Positions 18,934 through 28,726 are shown, numbered from the stretch's first letter. The stretch: DNA of 64,000 nucleotides from an uncultured Gammaproteobacteria bacterium (GCA_964385285.1 CAYLOJ010000001.1:88537-152536); one strand, 5' to 3'. Notes: generated by a model from the sequence alone, not told the origin. Numbers and translations: made by a program.

Positions 18934-19914
18934 ATGTTAAAACATCCTACATTATCTCAGTTTGTCTTAGAGCAGGAACGCGAATTCGGTGGATCTGGAG
19001 AATTTTCACAAATTTTGCTGGATATTGGAGTAGTCGGAAAAGTAATCTCTCATCAGGTCAATAAAGCAGGTTTAGTGGATATTCTCGGTGAGGCTGGAGT
19101 AGAGAACAGTTCTGGCGATACCGTTAAAAAACTCGATGTCCTCTCCAATGAACTATTTGTGAACTACCTATCTAGAGCAGGTCACTTTGCGGCACTGGCA
19201 TCTGAAGAAGAGACAGATATTGTGGTGGTGCCAGGCGCAGAGCAGGCCAAATATGTAATTGCCTTTGATCCCTTAGATGGTTCGTCTAATGTCGATTACA
19301 ATGTCTCGGTTGGTAGTATTTTTTCGGTGCATCGTCGCGTAACTGAACTGGGCACTCCTGCTACGATCGAGGATTTTCTACAAAAGGGTAAAGATCAAGT
19401 AGCGGCTGGATATATTTTATATGGCTCTAGCACAATGTTAGTGTATACAACGGGTCACAAAGTGCACGGATTCACCTTGGACCCAACCATTGGTGAATGG
19501 CTATTATCCCATGAAGATATCCAAATTCCTAAAACCTGTGATGTCTATTCCGCTAATGAAGCTTACATGCCGACTTGGTCCGAAGCAGCGCGCAAGTTTA
19601 TGGCTGATTTCAAAGCTAACAATCCAAAGGCCACTTCTCGCCATATTGGCTCCTTAGTAGCAGACCTCCATCGCAACTTATTGAAAGGTGGTTTGTACTT
19701 CCGTCCTTATGATAATAATGAAAAGCAATCCGCTAAGTTACGCTTGAACTACGAGCTAAAACCGTTAGCGATGATTGTAGAGCAAGCTGGTGGTTATACT
19801 ACAGCGGGCAAAGGTTCGATTCTCGATATCAAACCCGAAGCACTGCATTCTAAAAGCCCAATGGTGGCCGGCAATGCAGAGTTTGTGAAGCAATGGGAGA
19901 GTCTGCAATCCTAG
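18934..19914 (+). CDS. fbp: Fructose-1,6-bisphosphatase class I
   Basis: KKLDVLSN, ASEEE, FDPLDGSSNVD, AAGYILYGSST, GSLVADLHR, KLRLNYE. Confidence 0.96.
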   Translation: MLKHPTLSQFVLEQEREFGGSGEFSQILLDIGVVGKVISHQVNKAGLVDILGEAGVENSSGDTVKKLDVLSNELFVNYLSRAGHFAALASEEETDIVVVPGAEQAKYVIAFDPLDGSSNVDYNVSVGSIFSVHRRVTELGTPATIEDFLQKGKDQVAAGYILYGSSTMLVYTTGHKVHGFTLDPTIGEWLLSHEDIQIPKTCDVYSANEAYMPTWSEAARKFMADFKANNPKATSRHIGSLVADLHRNLLKGGLYFRPYDNNEKQSAKLRLNYELKPLAMIVEQAGGYTTAGKGSILDIKPEALHSKSPMVAGNAEFVKQWESLQS

Positions 19915-19936
19915 CCCTATAGAATCCTATGATCAC

Positions 19937-19962
19937 AAAGCCCGGCGTCAGCCGGGTTTTTT
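19937..19962 (+). terminator. Intrinsic terminator after fbp
   Basis: AAAGCCCGGC-GTCA-GCCGGGTTTTTT. Confidence 0.85.
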
Positions 19963-19987
19963 GTCGATCACGGTATTGACAGCTGGC

Positions 19988-20395
19988 ATGAAAACATTTA
20001 TACAGTGTGCGCTTCCCACAAGCAAGGAGTGCCGGAAGAAGCTACTACTGATAGAAGACGAACCGCTGGTCGTCCGCGGTCTGAAGCGCTCACTCGAACG
20101 GGCTGGGTACGGTGTCCTCGTGGCAATGTCCCTGGCTGAAGCAAGAGAGCAGATTCAAGACCCCGACATCCGCTGGGTGTTGTGTGACACAAACCTCCCG
20201 GACGGCTCAGGGAATGAGCTGCACCATGAGTGGACTGTCACTGGACGGCTCAACAGCGAGACCCAGTTCATCGCCATGAGCGGTGACTGGATCTCCAATC
20301 ACAAAGCCGCGGCCTACTACCGGAGCACAGCCGTGCTCATGGTGGAAAAGCCGTTCCGCGACTTTAGAACGGAGGTGCTCAACAAGCTGAGCTAA
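19988..20395 (+). CDS. Stand-alone response-regulator receiver domain; GC-rich insert 2 (start uncertain)
   Basis: KKLLLIEDEP, phosphoacceptor context VLCDTNLPDGSG, IAMSG, EKPF; GC-rich codon usage. Confidence 0.8.
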   Translation: MKTFIQCALPTSKECRKKLLLIEDEPLVVRGLKRSLERAGYGVLVAMSLAEAREQIQDPDIRWVLCDTNLPDGSGNELHHEWTVTGRLNSETQFIAMSGDWISNHKAAAYYRSTAVLMVEKPFRDFRTEVLNKLS

Positions 20396-20401
20396 CCGGA
20401 G

Positions 20402-20450
20402 GAAGACGGGGCAGGGATCGTACACCACGATTCCTGCCTCGCTTCATTTT
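20402..20450 (+). terminator. Long hairpin closing insert 2 (between convergent genes)
   Basis: GAAG(A)CGGGGCAGGGATCGT-ACACC-ACGATTCCTGCCTCGCTTC, about 19-bp stem, then ATTTT. Confidence 0.7.
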
Positions 20451-20462
20451 AATTAATCCAAT

Positions 20463-22226
20463 TTACCAAATAGCCTTAGTGCTGATATCAGTTTTAAGCT
20501 GCTCGACAAAAGCCGTTAGATCCACTGTGACAGTATCTTTACTGCCACGTTTTCGGACTGCCACTTGTTTAGCTTCAATTTCTTTATCGCCCACAACAAC
20601 TAAGTAAGGAACTTTTTCCGCGACGGCTTTGCGGATCTTATTGCCAACCGTTTCACTGGCCTCATCAATTTCTACGCGCACACCAGCGGCGTGTAACGCT
20701 GCCTTCACAGTTTTTGCATACTCAATATGAGTATCAGCTACCGGTAATAATTTCACTTGTACTGGAGCCAACCAAGTAGGGAAGTTACCAGCGAAGTGTT
20801 CAATAATGACACCCATGAACCGTTCAACAGAACCCATTACTGCGACGTGGATCATCACTGGGCGCTCTTCCTTGCCTTCTGCGGAAGTATAAGACAATGT
20901 AAAGCGTTCAGGCTGGTTCACGTCTAATTGAATCGTCGCTAACTGCCACTCACGACCAAGGGAGTCCACGGCCATATAATCGATTTTCGGACCATAAAAT
21001 GCCGCTTCACCTAGACCAATCACATACTCCAAGCCCTTGCTTTCCATCACGGAACGCAGTGCTTGTTCCGAAGCCTGCCAGGTTTCTTCCGTGCCAAGAT
21101 AGTTTTCCATATGAGCAGGATCATGTACCGAGAACCGTGGACGTAGTTCTAAACCAAATTTACTATAGAGTTCTGTAATAATATCCTGGGCTAATTCAGC
21201 TTCTTGTTGAATCTGATCTTTACGCGCAAACACATGAGAATCATCTTGTGTCAGTGAACGCACGCGCGTTAACCCCTGGATCTGACCAGTATTTTCATCA
21301 CGATAGTTGGTCGTAGTTTCAAAATAACGAATCGGGAGATCTTTGTAACTCCGCATTTGCGAAGCATAAATTTGCGTATGATGTGGACAGTTCATCGGCT
21401 TCATTACAAACGTGGCATCTGTTTTCTTACTGCTAACATGAAAGAGATCATCTTCAAATTTATCCCAGTGTCCCGAGGTCTTGTACAATTCAGCTTTAGC
21501 CATGTGGGGAATCCAAACGCGTTGAAAGCCACGTTGTTCGCGCAATTCACCAATGTAATTTTCTAACTCCCGACGAATCGTAGTACCTTTGGGTGTAAAT
21601 AATGGTAAACCAGCACCGACTAAATCTGAGAAGGTAAACAGATCAAGTTCTTTACCGAGTTTGCGATGATCGCGTTTTTTGGCTTCTTCAATTTGATGCA
21701 AGTACTGCTTGAGGACTTTAGGAGTAGGGAAGAGTAGACCGTAAATGCGCGTCATTTGCGGACGAGTACTGTCGGCCTGCCAATACGCACCGGCTAATTT
21801 AGATAGTTGCAAGCCAACGCTCTGGAGTTCCTGAGTATTATTAATGTGGCCACCTTCACATAAGTCAGTGAACGGTCCGGATTGATACAATGTCAAATCG
21901 CGACCATCTGCCGAAAACTTATCTATCAACTCTTGCTTAAAAGGCTGATCATGGAAGAACGCTTTGGCCTCAGCGGCCGTAACTGCTTTACGAACAAAAT
22001 CATGCTGACCAGCAATAATCTGTCGCATTTTCGCCTCGATCTTTTCTAGATCATCGGGCGTGATCGGTTGGGGTGGTAAGAGATCATAATAAAACCCGTT
22101 ATCGACCACTGGGCCAGTACCTAGTTGGGTGCCAGGAAATAATTCCAACACCGCTGCAGCCAACATGTGAGCAGCCGAGTGACGTAAACCATAAAGGGCA
22201 TCGTGTTCAGATTCAGCGGAAGCCAT
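20463..22226 (-). CDS. thrS: Threonine--tRNA ligase (no N-terminal TGS domain)
   Basis: LRHSAAHMLAAA, DLCEGGH, RDHRKLGKELDLF, KPMNCPHH, GEAAFYGPKID, WLAPVQV. Confidence 0.98.
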   Translation of the reverse strand: MASAESEHDALYGLRHSAAHMLAAAVLELFPGTQLGTGPVVDNGFYYDLLPPQPITPDDLEKIEAKMRQIIAGQHDFVRKAVTAAEAKAFFHDQPFKQELIDKFSADGRDLTLYQSGPFTDLCEGGHINNTQELQSVGLQLSKLAGAYWQADSTRPQMTRIYGLLFPTPKVLKQYLHQIEEAKKRDHRKLGKELDLFTFSDLVGAGLPLFTPKGTTIRRELENYIGELREQRGFQRVWIPHMAKAELYKTSGHWDKFEDDLFHVSSKKTDATFVMKPMNCPHHTQIYASQMRSYKDLPIRYFETTTNYRDENTGQIQGLTRVRSLTQDDSHVFARKDQIQQEAELAQDIITELYSKFGLELRPRFSVHDPAHMENYLGTEETWQASEQALRSVMESKGLEYVIGLGEAAFYGPKIDYMAVDSLGREWQLATIQLDVNQPERFTLSYTSAEGKEERPVMIHVAVMGSVERFMGVIIEHFAGNFPTWLAPVQVKLLPVADTHIEYAKTVKAALHAAGVRVEIDEASETVGNKIRKAVAEKVPYLVVVGDKEIEAKQVAVRKRGSKDTVTVDLTAFVEQLKTDISTKAIW

Positions 22227-22233
22227 AGTGTTT

Positions 22234-23298
22234 CTACTTTGAGATAATTAATTTAATTTGCTGAGGTAATTTTGGCGTACGCTCCATCCAGAACGGAACG
22301 AATCGCACCGAGACGCTGGACACTTGTTCAAAATCGGCCAGATACTCTTTCACCTGCTGTTCAGTTTTGCCGGTTAGATCAGCCACATCCACAAAATCTA
22401 GCGATTGTTCAACGGCGGTAGTCTCGGCTTCGCCAGAGATGATCCAATCTGTCCCATCGGTGGTGAGAGTGTAGGTGATCGCACCATCGGTGACAGGCTC
22501 ATCTGCTGCTTGCAACTGCGTGCGAATAGTTTCAGGATCAACCGGTAGGTAAGTGGCCACCCCTTTGGTCTGTACAGTAATGGCTTCAACCAAACTACCC
22601 ACTTGGCCTGCAACAGTTTGCTCGGTAATCTCCATTTGCCAATTGGCTGAATCAAAATCCGCAGTTTGGACTGTTTGGTTTACAGTGGCTTTTGCTGCCG
22701 TCTCTGCTTCGATTCGTGCCGCTTCTTCTGCTGCAGTAACGAGATCATCTGTTAAAGTCACTTTCTTAATCAACCCGCCAGTCATTGCCTCTGTACTTTC
22801 ACCATAGATCTTATCTTTTAAACTATCGGCTAACGCCACAATTTCGAATTTACTAGCGGCAATATTTCCCACAGCACCTGCTTGATCTGCATAGACAGGC
22901 ACATCAATTGTGCCGCCTGCAGGAACAGTTACCGTTTCATCCGTACGGAAGAGCACGCCCCCATCAGATAGTAAACGCGTAGTGCGGACTAATGGTTGAT
23001 CGCCACTATACGTATTCACCAGTGTTATTGTACCTCTGGCTACTGCATCTTCTGAACTATCCGCTGCATAATCTGTAAATGTATAGGTGGTATCAATCGA
23101 CACAACGACCGGTTCAACACCCAAGTCGGCTGCGCTGTACTGAAAATTAGTAGTCGCTGGAAGGTCATGTAAAGTAATGGCGATAGTAGTTTTACTGAAA
23201 GCCACATAAAGGACTGCGCCAACTAATACTACGACGATCGCGATGAAGGCGATTAAGAGGGGTGAAAAATAACGCTGTAGGCGCTGGGTTTGATTCAT
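22234..23298 (-). CDS. Membrane-anchored protein with baseplate J-like segment (common in CPR)
   Basis: N-terminal TM; ARGTITLVN...QPLVRTTRL...FRTDETVTVPAGG...VYADQAGAVGNI; C-terminal PFWMERTPK. Confidence 0.6.
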   Translation of the reverse strand: MNQTQRLQRYFSPLLIAFIAIVVVLVGAVLYVAFSKTTIAITLHDLPATTNFQYSAADLGVEPVVVSIDTTYTFTDYAADSSEDAVARGTITLVNTYSGDQPLVRTTRLLSDGGVLFRTDETVTVPAGGTIDVPVYADQAGAVGNIAASKFEIVALADSLKDKIYGESTEAMTGGLIKKVTLTDDLVTAAEEAARIEAETAAKATVNQTVQTADFDSANWQMEITEQTVAGQVGSLVEAITVQTKGVATYLPVDPETIRTQLQAADEPVTDGAITYTLTTDGTDWIISGEAETTAVEQSLDFVDVADLTGKTEQQVKEYLADFEQVSSVSVRFVPFWMERTPKLPQQIKLIISK

Positions 23299-23306
23299 GC
23301 GGGCTA

Positions 23307-26300
23307 TTATACCAAAATCACACGTTCTTGGCCAAACAATCCGACCAAGTTGGGAACGGCACCGGGTGCCACTAAACTTTGGGTTTTTAATAGTTTTTCT
23401 TTGGCTAAGACATAAAGTGGCAGGTCACCAGGAAATTGCTCCACGACCTGTTTCATTTGCGCTAAGTCCGCTGGCTTAGTTTCGGCACTCAAATGCACAA
23501 ATACGAACTGATCAGGCCATGGCATCACTTCTTCAGCAATCAGCTTAATCTCTCCGTCCCGCTTACTGGTTTTCCCTTTCACCGACACGCATTGGCCATC
23601 GCTTAAGACGGTTTTAAGCGTTTGCAAAGTTCTCGCAAACAGCACTACCTCCATCTGATCAGTGGCGTCACCCAGCTGAAAAAACTGCATCACATCTCCC
23701 GATTTTGTGTAGACTCGCTTCAGTTGCTGGACCAAGCCTAATATCTGTACTGGACTATTACTACGTAGCGCTTTGGCCGCTTCAATCGACTGCATATTTG
23801 GCAGTTGTAATTTATGCATCTTCGTCAGCGGATGCTCGGAAACGTATAATCCTAACAAGGTGCGTTCCCATTCCAGTTGGGTACGCCGCGGAATCGGTAA
23901 TGCGGAAACCATATGTAATTTGGGAGCGGGTAGCATCCCTCCGCCAAACAAATTTGCTTGGCCAGATTGTTTTTCTTGTTGTGTCGTCTTGTTGTACTGC
24001 AACAGCGTTTCCATATTGGCCAGGAGTACATTGGATTCACCAAACTGTGCCATGGCACCGCACATAATTAGGCTTTCTAACGATTTTTTATTCAGATCAC
24101 GGTGTTGAATGCGCTGCAAAAAGTCTTCCATGTCTTTAAACGGTCCGTTGGCTTTGCGCTCTGTAATCACTGTAGTCACTAAATTCTGACCAACATTTTT
24201 GACAGCCGCTAATCCAAATCGAATTCGTGGCTTATCGTCTAAGGATTCACGCACCACGGTAAATGTAGAGTAACTTTCGTTAATATCGGGTGGCATCACA
24301 TCAATACCCATCATGCGAGCCTCGTGCACCTCAATGGCAATGCGATCAGAATCATCGCGGTCTGAGGTTAATAAACTTGCCATGAACTGGGCAGGATAGT
24401 TGGCTTTTAAATAGGCCGTTTGATAGGCAATTAAGGCGTACCCGGTAGAATGTGACTTGTTAAACCCATAATGCGCAAATGGCTCAATAAATTCCCAGAG
24501 CTGCTCTGCAATTCTGCGCGAGACCTGATTGCGGATACAGCCCTGAATAAACTTTTCCTTTTGTTCGTCCAACAAGCGTTGAATTTTTTTAGCTACCGCC
24601 TTAATTAATAGATAGCCTTCACCTGCAGTGAAGCCAGCGATATCACGCGCCATCGCCATCACTTGTTCTTGATATACTAAAATTCCATAGGTCTTCTCCA
24701 GAATGGGTTGCAGATTAGGTAGTAGGTAAGTCACTGTCCGTTTTTTGTGTTTACCAGCAATGTAATCCGGAATCCGCTCCATAGGACCAGGGCGATACAA
24801 CGCCACCATGGCGATGATATCATCAAACTCAGTTGGCTTCAGCTCTCGCAAATACCGTTTCATCCCCGCGCTTTCTAATTGGAAGATACCAGTCGTTTGG
24901 GCCTTCTGCAGTAGTCGGTAGGTTTTTTTATCGGTTAATGGCAAATGATCAATATCCACCACTTCGCCCGTTGTCTTGGAAATTAATTCTAAAGTTTGTT
25001 CGATGATCGTTAAGTTTTTCAGTCCCAAGAAGTCCATCTTCAATAACCCTAGCCGCTCGATCGGATGTAATGAATACTGAGTGACAATGTCGTTCTCACC
25101 GGTAGACGAATATTGTACCGGCGTATAATGCTGCAGCGGTTCTTTCGTAATCACCACGCCACACGCATGCGTGGAAGTATGTCGAACCACCCCTTCTAAT
25201 TTCAATGCAGCATCCAACAACCGAGTGGCATCGGCGTCAGAGTTATACAGTTGCTTTAATTCGGGCACGGTATCCAATGCTTCTTGCAAACTGGTGAACA
25301 TCGGAATCAATTTTGCGATCATATCACAAAATCCGTACGTTAAACCGAGAGCCCGTCCCACATCACGCACGGCAGCGCGCGCTGCCATTGTTCCGAAGGT
25401 AATGATTTGCGCCACGTGATCTTTGCCATATTTAGATTCCACATAGCGAATAACCTCGGCACGTCTGGTATCGGCAAAATCTAAATCAATATCCGGCATA
25501 CTGACACGCTCCGGGTTCAAAAACCGTTCGAATAGAAGATCGTATCTCAGCGGATCAATACCAGTAATGCCGGCGAGATAGGCCACAATACTACCAGCCG
25601 CACTGCCGCGCCCGGGGCCAACCACAATTTTTTGTTGCCGCGCCCAATTCACGAAATCTTGGACGATTAAAAAGTAGGAGGCGTAACCCGTTTTTCGAAT
25701 CACCTCAAGTTCGTAATCCAAACGCTCAATCGCTGCTGCATGTTGTTCTACTGGATAATGCGCCGATAAATTACTTAGACACAATTCACGTAACGCTTCA
25801 TTATCTGTTCTGCCCTCAGGTAGGGCATAGTAGGGTAACTGAATCACTCCCAATGGAATCTCTACATTGCACCTTTCAGCGATGCGTTGCGTGTTGGCTA
25901 TGGCTTCCGGCAGGTCGGCAAATAAGTGTTCAAGTTCAGCAGCTGTCCCCATGGAAAAATCATCATGGCGCATCGATAAGCGGTCTGTATCGGACACAGA
26001 TTTTTTAGTTTGGATGCAGACAAGAATATCCTGCGCTTCTGCATCTTGAGGTTGCAAATAATGAGTATCGGCAGTAGCTACAAGTGGGGCAGCGGTTTGC
26101 GCAGCTAAACGAATCAAAGCTGCATTAACAGTTTGCTGTTCAGGTGTATTCGCGTGCCGCTGAATCTCCAAGAAAAAACTCTGATCGCCAAAAATTTTCT
26201 GGTAACGCTTAATCATCTCTACGGCATGAGCATCATCTTGTTGCAGAATCGATCGTGAGATAGGACCGCTTAAGCAAGCTGATAAAGCAATTAAGCCCTC

Positions 26301-26684
26301 ATGATGTTGCTCGAGTAAATCTAAATCCACTCGCGGTTTATAGTAGTAGCCGTTTAAGTTGGCCTCACTAATTAATTTAATTAAGTTGTAATAGCCTTGT
26401 AAGGTTTCAGCCAACAAAATTAAATGGTATGGTCGGTCATCTTGCCGCGGCTGACGATCAAAGCGACTACGCTGTGCTACATACACCTCGGCACCGATAA
26501 TCGGTTGGATCCCAGCGGCTTTACAGGCTTCAAAAAATTCAATGGCACCATATAACACACCATGGTCAGTCAACGCTAAATGCGTGAACCCCTGTTGCTT
26601 AGCATGATCAACCAACTGATCGATCTTAGGTAAGCCATCGAGCAGTGAATAGTGACTGTGAACGTGTAGGTGAGTGAAAGCCAT
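23307..26684 (-). CDS. dnaE: DNA polymerase III alpha subunit
   Basis: FTHLHVHSHYSLLDG PHP domain, GPGRGSAAGS, FERFLNPERVSMPDIDLDF, YGFNKSHS; start set at MAFTHL. Confidence 0.98.
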   Translation of the reverse strand: MAFTHLHVHSHYSLLDGLPKIDQLVDHAKQQGFTHLALTDHGVLYGAIEFFEACKAAGIQPIIGAEVYVAQRSRFDRQPRQDDRPYHLILLAETLQGYYNLIKLISEANLNGYYYKPRVDLDLLEQHHEGLIALSACLSGPISRSILQQDDAHAVEMIKRYQKIFGDQSFFLEIQRHANTPEQQTVNAALIRLAAQTAAPLVATADTHYLQPQDAEAQDILVCIQTKKSVSDTDRLSMRHDDFSMGTAAELEHLFADLPEAIANTQRIAERCNVEIPLGVIQLPYYALPEGRTDNEALRELCLSNLSAHYPVEQHAAAIERLDYELEVIRKTGYASYFLIVQDFVNWARQQKIVVGPGRGSAAGSIVAYLAGITGIDPLRYDLLFERFLNPERVSMPDIDLDFADTRRAEVIRYVESKYGKDHVAQIITFGTMAARAAVRDVGRALGLTYGFCDMIAKLIPMFTSLQEALDTVPELKQLYNSDADATRLLDAALKLEGVVRHTSTHACGVVITKEPLQHYTPVQYSSTGENDIVTQYSLHPIERLGLLKMDFLGLKNLTIIEQTLELISKTTGEVVDIDHLPLTDKKTYRLLQKAQTTGIFQLESAGMKRYLRELKPTEFDDIIAMVALYRPGPMERIPDYIAGKHKKRTVTYLLPNLQPILEKTYGILVYQEQVMAMARDIAGFTAGEGYLLIKAVAKKIQRLLDEQKEKFIQGCIRNQVSRRIAEQLWEFIEPFAHYGFNKSHSTGYALIAYQTAYLKANYPAQFMASLLTSDRDDSDRIAIEVHEARMMGIDVMPPDINESYSTFTVVRESLDDKPRIRFGLAAVKNVGQNLVTTVITERKANGPFKDMEDFLQRIQHRDLNKKSLESLIMCGAMAQFGESNVLLANMETLLQYNKTTQQEKQSGQANLFGGGMLPAPKLHMVSALPIPRRTQLEWERTLLGLYVSEHPLTKMHKLQLPNMQSIEAAKALRSNSPVQILGLVQQLKRVYTKSGDVMQFFQLGDATDQMEVVLFARTLQTLKTVLSDGQCVSVKGKTSKRDGEIKLIAEEVMPWPDQFVFVHLSAETKPADLAQMKQVVEQFPGDLPLYVLAKEKLLKTQSLVAPGAVPNLVGLFGQERVILV

Positions 26685-26721
26685 AATGGATGTGGCAGCA
26701 TTATAACAACTGTGATATAGT

Positions 26722-27264
26722 ATGGCTAATATGCCTACAAAACACACATCCAAATCAATCTCTAAATCCTCCTCTATGGCAAATACGATGCCGCTGCGTC
26801 AACCGCGCACCCCGCGTAACTGGCCGCACATGATGGCCCAACTGGCTTATCTGTGTGCCGGACTCGCTATCATTCTGGTCTTTGTTCAGATGAACTTATA
26901 TTGTCTCCGGTACAATCGCGTCTATGATTCGAATGTAGTCACTGCGGTCATGATGAGTAATGGACAGACCTACTTTGGACGCTTAGAAAAATTTGGTCCA
27001 CATACGCTTGTGTTATTTGATGTGTACTACTTGCAAGTTAACGACGCAGAAGCGACCACAGACGACACCACTGAAACAAGTGATTTAACGGATGCTGCTA
27101 ATGAATCCAATATCAAATTAGTGAAGTTGAGTCAGGATTTCTATCAACCAAATGATTACTTGATTATCAATCGTGATCAAGTTTTGTACTGGCAACAACT
27201 AAATGCTAGCTCTCCCATTATTGAGGCTATGCAGCAGTATCAAGACCAAGCCAAGACTGAATAG
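26722..27264 (+). CDS. Conserved CPR membrane-anchored hypothetical protein
   Basis: TM helix followed by AVMMSNGQTYFGRL...DVYYLQ...LVKL...INRDQVLYWQQL. Confidence 0.7.
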   Translation: MANMPTKHTSKSISKSSSMANTMPLRQPRTPRNWPHMMAQLAYLCAGLAIILVFVQMNLYCLRYNRVYDSNVVTAVMMSNGQTYFGRLEKFGPHTLVLFDVYYLQVNDAEATTDDTTETSDLTDAANESNIKLVKLSQDFYQPNDYLIINRDQVLYWQQLNASSPIIEAMQQYQDQAKTE

Positions 27265-27293
27265 GAATAGGTAAACCATTGATCTAAACGAAC

Positions 27294-27323
27294 AGTAGAG
27301 TCGCATTATAATGCGACTCTACT
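27294..27323. repeat. GTAG-type REP-like palindrome, copy 2
   Basis: Perfect 30-bp palindrome AGTAGAGTCGCATTATAATGCGACTCTACT between convergent genes. Confidence 0.75.
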
Positions 27324-27365
27324 TGTTTTCGGATTTAATGTTGTATTTGAACTACCCTCTGAAGA

Positions 27366-27680
27366 TTAATCTTCATCGTCGGCAGCGCGGCGTTTGGAGG
27401 AACGCTTGCCCTTGCCGGTAAAGCTACGTACTAGGTCAAGGATGGTGGTGATTTGTGTACTAACAGTCGAAAGTGAATCCACGGAATCTTGTACCTTGGA
27501 CTTAATGACTTTCATACTTGCGTCTAATTCCTCTAACTTACCACGAAAATCTGTGATCATCTCGTTGCTTTGTCGGGTAATCTGGACAATATAATACATG
27601 ATCCAAACCAAGAAGACGGTAAACAATGCGATAGAGGCTGCAACCGTGATGTAGAGGATGTCCTGCGAAGTAGAGAACAT
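27366..27680 (-). CDS. Small membrane protein with coiled coil (DUF948-like)
   Basis: N-terminal TM, heptad region, basic tail. Confidence 0.65.
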   Translation of the reverse strand: MFSTSQDILYITVAASIALFTVFLVWIMYYIVQITRQSNEMITDFRGKLEELDASMKVIKSKVQDSVDSLSTVSTQITTILDLVRSFTGKGKRSSKRRAADDED

Positions 27681-27750
27681 AGTGGGTTTTTATTTTAACG
27701 ATTTAAAAATGAAGTTGACTTTAGTATAACACACCTTTAGACTAGATTCT

Positions 27751-28725
27751 ATGGATGACTTCAACCAGGGCCTACAAGGAAAAGATTTGCAGCGCGCCTA
27801 CTGGTATAACACGCACCAATCCCAAGTACGACGGGTCGCTTATGGTATTGCCATTGGTATCGTCGGAGTAATCTGGTTAATTAACGCAGTCATCTTTATT
27901 CGGTACCTAATGAATCGAGGCGCCACCCAACGTGCGGTTGAGGATTTGGCAAATACACAAGTCATTTATGATTCCATCCAGGCACCCGTTGATCTGATCG
28001 TGGATAGTGTTGATGCCGTCAGTCATACCGCAGACACGGTTGATGCATTCGCTATTGTTAGTAATCCCAATCGGTATCACGTGGCGCACTTTGATTACGT
28101 CATGTCTGTGAACGGGGCGAACTACAGTTTCAGCGACGGAGTGATTATGCCGAATAGTAAAAGTTATCTAGTCGTCTCTGCCTTGGCCGGAACTGCTACC
28201 AGCCCTGCTGATCTCACCATCTCGAATGTCACTTGGGAGCGCGTCCGTGGGCCAGAAATTAAAACCCAATTCTTGACTAAAGATCTACTGGTACAACGCA
28301 GTAATCTTAACTCTGAAACCACTCATACGAATACAGGCACCCTACAAAATGGTAATACCAATAGTAATGTCAACAGTGCCAATACTAATGCGAATAATGA
28401 TAATACTAATTTTGTTACTCCCGATGCGCTCAACACGAATACCACAACCGAACCGAGCGGCGCGACCATCACCCAATTAGGTGGACTACTTACCAACGCC
28501 AGTGCGTATGGTTTTCGTCGCGTGGCCGTCACTGCGATACTCAAAAGTGCTTCCGGCACAGTACTCGGAGTGCAGCAACAAGTCTTTACCAATATGGGAT
28601 CATTCAGTGATTACAATTTGGTCTTTAATTGGCAACGTCAATTCGATTTTAATGTAGCACCAGAGATTGTGGTGGAAACGAATATTTGGGATGACGCCAA
28701 TTTGATTCTACCAGGCCAAGACTAA
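27751..28725 (+). CDS. Membrane-anchored beta-rich hypothetical protein with Asn/Thr linker
   Basis: TM near the N-terminus; low-complexity NGNTNSNVNSANTNANNDNTN. Confidence 0.7.
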   Translation: MDDFNQGLQGKDLQRAYWYNTHQSQVRRVAYGIAIGIVGVIWLINAVIFIRYLMNRGATQRAVEDLANTQVIYDSIQAPVDLIVDSVDAVSHTADTVDAFAIVSNPNRYHVAHFDYVMSVNGANYSFSDGVIMPNSKSYLVVSALAGTATSPADLTISNVTWERVRGPEIKTQFLTKDLLVQRSNLNSETTHTNTGTLQNGNTNSNVNSANTNANNDNTNFVTPDALNTNTTTEPSGATITQLGGLLTNASAYGFRRVAVTAILKSASGTVLGVQQQVFTNMGSFSDYNLVFNWQRQFDFNVAPEIVVETNIWDDANLILPGQD

Positions 28726-28726
28726 T

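Noticed and set aside
22234-23298. Prophage
   Set aside because: No terminase, capsid, tail or integrase genes nearby; the flanks are housekeeping genes.
26685-26753. Extended N-termini from the ORF track (dnaE here; also miaB, ftsQ, greA, proS, first DUF3048)
   Set aside because: Homology begins at downstream ATGs, several of which have a -10 box just upstream; the extensions overlap neighbouring genes or promoters.
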